Below, one piece after another: positions 56,980-64,000 of a stretch of 64,000 nucleotides of DNA (position 1 is its first letter; the number at the start of each line of letters is the position of its first letter). Both the position numbers and the translations under genes were made by a program. Origin of the DNA: Nanobdellota archaeon (GTDB lineage: Archaea; Nanobdellota; Nanobdellia; Parvarchaeales; Parvarchaeaceae); NCBI GenBank assembly GCA_021800365.1, contig JAJYZA010000001.1:19377-83376 (forward strand), read 5' to 3'. The notes under the pieces are model-generated. The model was given only the letters and a program-made list of their open reading frames with translations. It searched no databases and was not told where the DNA came from.

Positions 56980-59154
56980 TTATTTTTCTATTAGCTGATT
57001 CAGTAGTTTTTTGAACGCCGGACCTCCTCTTTTATATACCTCGGCGCGTATCGTCTGCGATGGAATTAGTCTATATTTAACATAAGAAGTACCTATAGAG
57101 TCATCCGTTGGCAGATATAATTGACTCGCTCCTTTAGTGTAATCTGGTTTATGTAGTATATTCTTCTCAAAATCGGTCTGTTTCTGTAAGGACGGTGCTG
57201 TAACTGCTACGAGCGTCCTCCATTCATCACCCTTTCTCTTAAACGCGAACTTTATCCCTGCCTCATGACAATCGCCCGCCATGACAATATCAACAAGATC
57301 CTGGCCAGTATTCTTTACGATATTCATAAGCGATGTTCTCGCATCTGCGCCGCCTCTGTAACCTGGACTGTGGAACTGCAAAAGAGTATAATTTCCGAGC
57401 ATCGGGTTCTGTCCGCGTTCTTGTATAAAATCTGGATAGATTACTTCATCTGTTCCGTGGCTTTTATAATACATCCCAGTTGCATCTGCTTCACTGCCGT
57501 TTCCAGTTGCTTTCTCAAAGTGATTGCCATTAACCGCATAAACTGCGTGAACAAGTCCGGCTATCGGCGCTATATATTGTTCGAGCCTTTTAAGTTGCCT
57601 GCCTATGTCTATATCGGAATGTAAGTAAATAGAATCATACAGTGCATCGATGAGTCCCTGGGTGCGCTTTTTAGAGTTCTTTTCCACCGAGAGCGTTTCT
57701 AAAACTTTAAGCAGTTCCTCGGGGGTTATAGCCTTAGGCAAAGACATTCTAGTCCTTTGTGCTTTATCATTCCCGCCATCGACCATGTCGCCGCCATTGA
57801 ATACGGATCTTTTTTCTCTGGGAACTTCACTTCGACTCATTATACCGGATACCCCTTCCGTAGCCACGTAATCTGCATATGCACTACCAATATGCCAATC
57901 GGAAAGGGTTGTCATCTCATACATAGACCCTTTCGATAGCTCTTTCTCCAGTGCATTTGGTATTATTTTCTTCTTTATAGCGGTTGCATCTAGATGCTCG
58001 ATTTCTACGACACCGTCGGCTTTTATTGCGAATATAGACAATCCACTATCTTCGAACTGTGAGAGTCTTTTAGATATGTCTGTTTTATTAAAACTCGCCC
58101 TAAGTTTGAATTGTTTATCTATGTCCAGCAATGGACCTTGATTGAATACAAAAACCGGGTTGTCTCTGCTCTGGAAATTCACTGCAGTAAACTCCGTAGA
58201 AGAGCCCCGCCCAGTTATATATAAGTCCGCTCGCCTATCTACGGGATCGGCATTCGCATAATCTACTGTCATTTTCAGATTCCTATCCGTCGGTTTACCC
58301 TCGTTCAAGCCGGATGCTAACCCGTTTATTGCGTGAAATATCTTCACTTTAAGACCGTTTATCAATATTTCGGCGTCGGCATCACTTTCACTTGATTTGT
58401 TTCCCATAAAGTTTTCAAATCTCTTATAAACGCGCAGATTATCTGTGCCGAATATAGTCCCTAGTAGATGTTTGTATATTTCATTAGCTTTATTTTTTAT
58501 TCCTTCCTTGTCTACAGACTTCCATTGCGAGGCCTTAAACTTGTAGTCTTCCGGTACCACTGACATCAATAGCTCTGCTTCATCAGGTATTTCTTCCTCA
58601 TCTAAATCTCCGTTCTTATTATTTTTCTGTTTTCGTTCTGCATTGCGCTCATTTTTCCTACTTAGTTTTTCAAGGGCTTCTATTATCATTTTTACATTCT
58701 TATAATCTGTTGTTCCATACACGTAAAGTATTGGTATCCCTTTCTTTTTTGTCTCATAAGCAAGGCTTTTCATCTGTACCCGTGCTAATCTAGCTGCTTC
58801 AACCAAATCATCAACAGAATCTGAATCATTTTTACCTCTTTTTACTTGCTTGTATATACTATTTCCGTATATTTCTTTTAAGTGATCTTCAACAAGGTCA
58901 AGACGCTCCCCCTTTAAACGACTATATTTATCTGGAATGAATGCAAGTCCACCATTAATTACAACACCATCTAATCTTCCTTCATAATTCTTTATTAATT
59001 CACCGACATTAGACAGTACAGCAGGATCACTCAATTTTGTAGCAAGTTCTAGTTCTGACAATAAAACTAACCTTAATTTTGTATCGCCATCCTCATTATT
59101 TGGATTACCTTTAGAAAGAACATCCTCAAGATTAGAACTCTTACCTAACGCCAT
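56980..59154 (-). CDS. large calcineurin-like metallophosphoesterase, possibly DNA polymerase D small-subunit (DP1)-like
   Basis: 724 aa. The C-terminal half carries LSDWHIGSAY (DxH), FNGGDMVDGGN (GDxVDG) and NGNHF (GNH) motifs resembling the DP1 phosphoesterase domain. The N-terminal roughly 390 aa are unassigned and look like a degenerate copy (VVINGGLA, YVYGTTDY). Confidence 0.4.
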   Translation of the reverse strand: MALGKSSNLEDVLSKGNPNNEDGDTKLRLVLLSELELATKLSDPAVLSNVGELIKNYEGRLDGVVINGGLAFIPDKYSRLKGERLDLVEDHLKEIYGNSIYKQVKRGKNDSDSVDDLVEAARLARVQMKSLAYETKKKGIPILYVYGTTDYKNVKMIIEALEKLSRKNERNAERKQKNNKNGDLDEEEIPDEAELLMSVVPEDYKFKASQWKSVDKEGIKNKANEIYKHLLGTIFGTDNLRVYKRFENFMGNKSSESDADAEILINGLKVKIFHAINGLASGLNEGKPTDRNLKMTVDYANADPVDRRADLYITGRGSSTEFTAVNFQSRDNPVFVFNQGPLLDIDKQFKLRASFNKTDISKRLSQFEDSGLSIFAIKADGVVEIEHLDATAIKKKIIPNALEKELSKGSMYEMTTLSDWHIGSAYADYVATEGVSGIMSRSEVPREKRSVFNGGDMVDGGNDKAQRTRMSLPKAITPEELLKVLETLSVEKNSKKRTQGLIDALYDSIYLHSDIDIGRQLKRLEQYIAPIAGLVHAVYAVNGNHFEKATGNGSEADATGMYYKSHGTDEVIYPDFIQERGQNPMLGNYTLLQFHSPGYRGGADARTSLMNIVKNTGQDLVDIVMAGDCHEAGIKFAFKRKGDEWRTLVAVTAPSLQKQTDFEKNILHKPDYTKGASQLYLPTDDSIGTSYVKYRLIPSQTIRAEVYKRGGPAFKKLLNQLIEK

Positions 59155-59281
59155 ATCAAATCCCCCCTACTATACCTAAAGTAACTAATATTTTATTCAC
59201 AACAATGTTATTTAGATTAGTTTGATTATAAATAGTTTCTTGATATTACGATAGTATTACTCAAACACTTTATCTTGCTTA

Positions 59282-60049
59282 TTACCAGACATCGTGTTTT
59301 ATGTGATCTTTATCTGCTGGCACTCCGAATGATTTCAATAGCTCAGTCATGGTTGAATTAAACTGATTCGAGCCGCAGAGGTATGTTACTCTTTCGGTTA
59401 TATCTGGTACATATTTCTGTAACTTAGCAGCGTCTATCCTACCGGTCTCTCCCTGCCAATCCGGATTATTTTCTTCTCTTGTTAGTGTTATCACTACCTT
59501 TGCAATTCCTTTTCTGGCGAAGTCTTCTAGCTCAGTGGCCCGGATTATATCTTGCTTAGTCCTTACAGTGTAAAGAAGAGTTATGTTCTCGCTTATTCGA
59601 TTTTGTTCTATGTATCTTAGCATACAAATAAACGGAGCTATTCCTGTTGCTGCGGCTATAAACAGAGACCTCTTATTTTTACTCGGTGTAAATTCAAAGT
59701 TCTTGCCATTTGGTTGCGAGATATTAAATATGTCGCCTATTTTTGCTTTGTTTAGTATTGAAGTTAGTTTACCATCCACTATCTCGATATAAAATTCTAA
59801 TGTATCCAAACCTGGAGCAGACGCTATCGAGTATGGTCGTTGAACATCTATCCTAGTACCATCTAAGCTATACCCTATCTGTACAAATTGCCCTGGTTTA
59901 AAATATGACTTCTCTTGAAATTCGGACTTGAACTTAAATGCCTTTACGCTTGGCGTCTCTTGTATGATTTCAATTAGTTTATAGGGTCTTTTTATTGCAC
60001 TACCGCCTTTTTGTACTGGTGTTGCAACGTAAGTTTGTTCACTTTGCAT
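59282..60049 (-). CDS. FNR-family FAD/NAD(P)-binding oxidoreductase
   Basis: RPYSIASAP (RxYS FAD motif) and GTGIAPF NAD(P)-binding motif. 255 aa. Confidence 0.6.
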   Translation of the reverse strand: MQSEQTYVATPVQKGGSAIKRPYKLIEIIQETPSVKAFKFKSEFQEKSYFKPGQFVQIGYSLDGTRIDVQRPYSIASAPGLDTLEFYIEIVDGKLTSILNKAKIGDIFNISQPNGKNFEFTPSKNKRSLFIAAATGIAPFICMLRYIEQNRISENITLLYTVRTKQDIIRATELEDFARKGIAKVVITLTREENNPDWQGETGRIDAAKLQKYVPDITERVTYLCGSNQFNSTMTELLKSFGVPADKDHIKHDVW

Positions 60050-60122
60050 AACAACGTTATATTATAATTATTGATATTTAATAAATAAATAGTTTGTAAA
60101 GCGAGGCGCAAACTCGCGTCGT

Positions 60123-61463
60123 TTAGATCTTATCAAAACCGGTGTACTTTCTAAGCGCTTCTGGCACGATTATAGTACCGTCTTTCTCTTGATAATGTTC
60201 CATTATCGCTATTATAGTTCTCTGTATTGGCAAACCGGTTCCATCCAAAGTATTAACATAATGTCTGATACCAGTGGCGTCTGTGTATTTTATGTTAAGG
60301 CGTCGGGCAATCCAGTCCGTAGTGTCATCAAAAGACCCGACTTCACGGTACTTGCCTTGTCCATCTAAGTAAGCCTCAATATCATACTGTTTAATATCTC
60401 TTACCCCCATATCACCGGTACATACGTTAACGACCCGGTATGGCACCCCCAATTCTTTCCAAATCTCTTCTACATTCTGAAGCATCTCCTCATGAAATTT
60501 CTTTGAATCCTCCGGTTTGCAAAGCACTATTTGTTCTGTCTGATCGAATTGGTGTATTCTAAATATGCCTTTTGTATCTTTTCCATGTGAACCTGCCTCC
60601 CGTCTAAATGCCGGGCTCAGCCCTACTAATTTTATTGGAAGTTCCTTTTCGTCTAGAATCTTATCAAAAAAGGTTGCAATCATGGGGTGCTCTGTTGTGG
60701 AGATAAGAAAGCGCTCTTCTTCACCAGTATCTTCTATACCGGTAACCTTATACAGCGCATCTTGAAACGTTGCCAAGTGGGCTATTCCCCCGTATATCTC
60801 TTTCTTCAGCATAAACGGGGGCATGGTAGGTGTATATCCCTTAGCCGCTATTTTGGCTATAGAGTACATCTCTAGCGCGAGCGCCAATTGGACCAGTTTA
60901 CCCTTTAGATAGTAAAAGCGACTGCCGGAGACTCTAGCCGCGCTGGTAACATCGATAAGACCACGCTCCTCGCCCAGATCTATATGCGCCTTTATTTGAA
61001 AATCCTTCTTCTTAACCACCCCAACCCTTCTTAACTCTACATTCTCACTATCATCGCGGCCATCCGGTGCGCCTTTATCAATCAAATTTGGTAACCACAA
61101 AAATAAATTCGACGCTTCATCCTCCTTTGCAGCTATCTCTTCTTCTTTCGCCCTTATTTCCTTCATTAAGTTTCTGCCGGTCTGTTGTTCACCCATATCA
61201 ATTTTAGTTGCTTTGCTGTCTCTTTTTTTCTTTGAAAATTCCAGGCTAGTAACGTTTCTTTTATGTCTTAACGAATCTACTTCTTGTCTGGCTTTTTTTA
61301 TTTCTATATTTAGTTCTATAAGTCTATCTACTGGGTTATTAACCGGCGGTGTAAGAAAACGTCGATTTATAGAAGAAGTGAGTGCCTCTTTATTTTCTTC
61401 TACATAATTGAAATCATAGTGCATAAGGTATCTTGCACAAAAAGATATATAAGCGTTTTGCAT
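60123..61463 (-). CDS. serS: serine--tRNA ligase
   Basis: N-terminal coiled-coil arm and class II motif 2 FRREAGSHGKDTKGIFRIHQFDQTEQ. 446 aa. Confidence 0.85.
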   Translation of the reverse strand: MQNAYISFCARYLMHYDFNYVEENKEALTSSINRRFLTPPVNNPVDRLIELNIEIKKARQEVDSLRHKRNVTSLEFSKKKRDSKATKIDMGEQQTGRNLMKEIRAKEEEIAAKEDEASNLFLWLPNLIDKGAPDGRDDSENVELRRVGVVKKKDFQIKAHIDLGEERGLIDVTSAARVSGSRFYYLKGKLVQLALALEMYSIAKIAAKGYTPTMPPFMLKKEIYGGIAHLATFQDALYKVTGIEDTGEEERFLISTTEHPMIATFFDKILDEKELPIKLVGLSPAFRREAGSHGKDTKGIFRIHQFDQTEQIVLCKPEDSKKFHEEMLQNVEEIWKELGVPYRVVNVCTGDMGVRDIKQYDIEAYLDGQGKYREVGSFDDTTDWIARRLNIKYTDATGIRHYVNTLDGTGLPIQRTIIAIMEHYQEKDGTIIVPEALRKYTGFDKI

Positions 61464-61477
61464 TAAGACTTGTGTAC

Positions 61478-61550
61478 GGGTCCATGGTCTAGTGGTTATG
61501 ACGTCCGCTTGACGTGCGGAAGTTCGAGGGTTCGAACCCCTCTGGGCCCA
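61478..61550 (+). tRNA. tRNA-Val(GAC)
   Basis: GGGTCCA acceptor (G-U at position 4), anticodon stem TCCGC/GCGGA with loop TTGACGT, T-arm GAGGG-TTCGAAC-CCCTC, discriminator A. Confidence 0.85.
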
Positions 61551-61969
61551 ATCGAATTAAGTCAAATTCTTCCACGCTTTTATGAAGAATCGTATTTTTA
61601 AATATCCCCCGGCCCATTTTTTCTGGGCTGCTTCTTCTACACCCTATTGCTAAAGTTAACCGGGAATAATCTTTGGCACCGGTTTTTATCGCAGTTCCGC
61701 GCTTGCTTAGTTATGTTATATCCAGTTAAAGTAGCGAATGTCTTTGCTCCGTCAATAAACGTAGACTTGTGTATCAGATAATCCGCACTTATACTCTCTG
61801 TAGCTGACAGCTCCATAATGTCTCGTTAATAGCTATATTAAATTCCCTATAAAAACAGGCCGCACAAATTCTAAAAATATAAATTTAGCCACCAGATTTT
61901 AGAAGTTAGCTACATATCTGATATCAAATGTAATCAACTATTTTAGCCATCTAAAAGCTTAAATAGTAC

Positions 61970-62407
61970 TTGTCTTCTCCTTATAAAATGAAACGCTGGT
62001 GGCCGGTTATAAAAAATTGGATGACTGACATAAATACTAAAAAAGCACGAAAAAAGAGCTTAATAGACATAATCGATAAAGGCGATGCTGTATTAGCCGC
62101 CTTTGGAAAAAGGCAGTACTTCGCCAGAGGGGGGTCACTATATACATACGCATATTATGACGATAAAGATATTAAAATAACCGGAACATATATTTCTACT
62201 AAAATATATCTACCCCCAGAATCAATAAATACGATGATAAGCGTAAAGCAATTAAACGTGCTGTACAAAGACAAAGAGGTATTTTATTCTGAGAGCGGCG
62301 GCCCATTTAATGTCTCGGTACCGGTAAACTCGCAAGACAAGGAATGGAGAGCTAAATTAGATTCATTATACAAGTCTGCAATTGAAAAGATACCGAGCTT
62401 AAAATAA
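61970..62407 (+). CDS. hypothetical protein
   Basis: 145 aa, no recognisable motif. Confidence 0.25.
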   Translation: MSSPYKMKRWWPVIKNWMTDINTKKARKKSLIDIIDKGDAVLAAFGKRQYFARGGSLYTYAYYDDKDIKITGTYISTKIYLPPESINTMISVKQLNVLYKDKEVFYSESGGPFNVSVPVNSQDKEWRAKLDSLYKSAIEKIPSLK

Positions 62408-62467
62408 GCCCCTTTCATTTTTACACAGATTTCTCTCTTAGCTGACTATCAAAATTAAACGATTCTT

Positions 62468-63214
62468 TTAGGCATATCCTTTTAGCTCTTCTATTCGAAG
62501 TCTTTTTGAAACGTTTATTAAAGTGCTTGAACTCTCTTTTAGTGCATAATCGTGTATTCTCTCTAGTGCTTTCATAAATAAAAGCAACCTAGAATTATCA
62601 TCCAGATCCAAACGTATCATTGAATTTTTTGTATGCAAATAAAGCCGCGTACCTTGTTCCTCTTTTCCACTAAAAGTACTTCTACACACTATCGCTATAT
62701 CTTTTTGACCATTGAGATAAGCTACTGTCGCTTTTTGCTCAAAAACATCCTTTATTGCCCAATTCATAATTCTAGCCCCTTGATCGGTATAACCGTAAAA
62801 TTCCAATACGCGTCTTGATTTATACAGTTTATATTTTGATAAGTCTATGCTCATAGCACCTTTTTTTATTTTTAACCCCAGCGATGAAAGATCCGGAGTA
62901 CCATAGTCTGCCTCTGCTTCGAGACCTCCCTTTATCATATAAGTTGTACTAATTTTACCTAATTTAGAGATATCTATAGTGTTAATGTCAAGAAATTCAT
63001 CTAAACTACTCGATTTCGCTTTATCAAAATCTTTTTCTGCTAGCATATGACAGTAGTCTCCTTTTTGGGAAACCCAGTCAAATCTGTCTTCACTTTGCAC
63101 GACGGTTATGCCTGGAATTAGTTTGCTAACTTTTATTAAATCTAGATCGGATAACGTTAAATCCTCTTTTGTAATTAATTTTTCTAGGTTTTTTAGATCA
63201 TCCTCATTTAACAT
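62468..63214 (-). CDS. hypothetical protein
   Basis: 248 aa, no recognisable motif. Confidence 0.25.
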   Translation of the reverse strand: MLNEDDLKNLEKLITKEDLTLSDLDLIKVSKLIPGITVVQSEDRFDWVSQKGDYCHMLAEKDFDKAKSSSLDEFLDINTIDISKLGKISTTYMIKGGLEAEADYGTPDLSSLGLKIKKGAMSIDLSKYKLYKSRRVLEFYGYTDQGARIMNWAIKDVFEQKATVAYLNGQKDIAIVCRSTFSGKEEQGTRLYLHTKNSMIRLDLDDNSRLLLFMKALERIHDYALKESSSTLINVSKRLRIEELKGYA

Positions 63215-63456
63215 AATCTTATTTACCCCTATTTCTGTAATATGATATACATTTAGAAGATAGTATCTTATATAAAACCTTTAATTAATCTCATAGGAAG
63301 ATATTTTATTACCAAATTACAATTGCGGCGATACTTCCCATATTGAAAAATGAGTTTGTAGTTTATTATATCCGACGCCAAATGGGCTTAAGAAAATAAC
63401 GTTTTATAATGCGTTAATTTGACTTTTTAAAAATTAGAAAATGCAGTGCTGATTGA

Positions 63457-64000
63457 TCACTCACTGCAGCAACTTAAATCCTCTATCTTATGATAGAATG
63501 ATAGCGCAGCTAGTTTTGTCGCCTCGCTTAGCGTTGGGAACACATGGATCGTATCTATTATGTCATTGATTGTAAGTCTAAATTTTACGGCAAGTGCGGC
63601 CTCGTGTATCAAATCTGCTGCGTTTTCTCCGATTATTTCTACTCCGATTATTTTCTTATTATTAGCGCCTATTACCATTTTTATTAATCCCTTAGTATCC
63701 TTTATTATCCCAGCTTTTGCAAGGTCAGTGAACATTACCGTGTGACAGGCACATTTTATCCCCCTATTGTTAGCTTCTTTATCTGTCAATCCAACTCGTG
63801 CTACCTCTGGAAAAGTAAAGATGGCTGCTGGAACAGAATCTAAGTTTATCTCTAATTTTTTGGAACTGAAAGCGTTTACCGTCGCTTTGTTTCCCTCTGC
63901 AGCTGCGAGCGCCTCTAGCATTGGTTCCCCGGTTACGTCTCCTGCTGCATATATCCCTTTGATCGAGGTCTCTAAACGTCGGTTTATCTTGATAAACCCA
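63457..64000 (-). CDS. pyridine nucleotide-disulfide oxidoreductase (dihydrolipoamide dehydrogenase / mercuric reductase-like), C-terminal part
   Basis: C-terminal dimerisation-domain pattern (ARVGLTDKEA...HVFPTLSE) with upstream NAD and FAD domain fragments. The gene runs off the window end. Confidence 0.6.
   Translation of the reverse strand, partial: GFIKINRRLETSIKGIYAAGDVTGEPMLEALAAAEGNKATVNAFSSKKLEINLDSVPAAIFTFPEVARVGLTDKEANNRGIKCACHTVMFTDLAKAGIIKDTKGLIKMVIGANNKKIIGVEIIGENAADLIHEAALAVKFRLTINDIIDTIHVFPTLSEATKLAALSFYHKIEDLSCCSE

Overview
This is an AT-rich (about 35% GC) archaeal chromosomal segment dominated by core information-processing genes. The RNA-polymerase operon is complete: rpoH, split rpoB'' and rpoB', rpoA', rpoA'', rpl30e, nusA, rps12 and rps7. 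The split B subunit suggests a euryarchaeal or DPANN-like host rather than a crenarchaeon. Other recognisable genes are mre11-rad50, rtcB-archease, thiI, pheS-pheT, serS, PCNA, TFE, rpl40e, rps8e, an rpl41e-like micro-ORF, EF-1beta, pth2, RNase HII, endonuclease III, an Ogg-like glycosylase, dCTP deaminase, Zn-ferredoxin, ADP-forming acetyl-CoA synthetase and a GapN-like aldehyde dehydrogenase. Seven tRNAs are present and three of them carry anticodon-loop introns. I found no CRISPR array, no rRNA and no clear transposon or integrase. The unusual points are a recently duplicated PDZ module inside a site-2 protease gene within a cluster of three membrane metalloproteases, a stand-alone Dph2 domain-1 ORF wedged against rnhB, an unknown GC-rich two-gene module that shares an exact 16-nt promoter motif with a distant kinase-like gene, small nuclease and nucleotidyltransferase genes abutting tRNA genes, a large DP1-like metallophosphoesterase upstream of a DHH/DHHA1 protein near PCNA, and a repeat-rich regulatory region upstream of a SepF-like gene. 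No single large, obviously novel multi-gene system is evident; the candidates are small.
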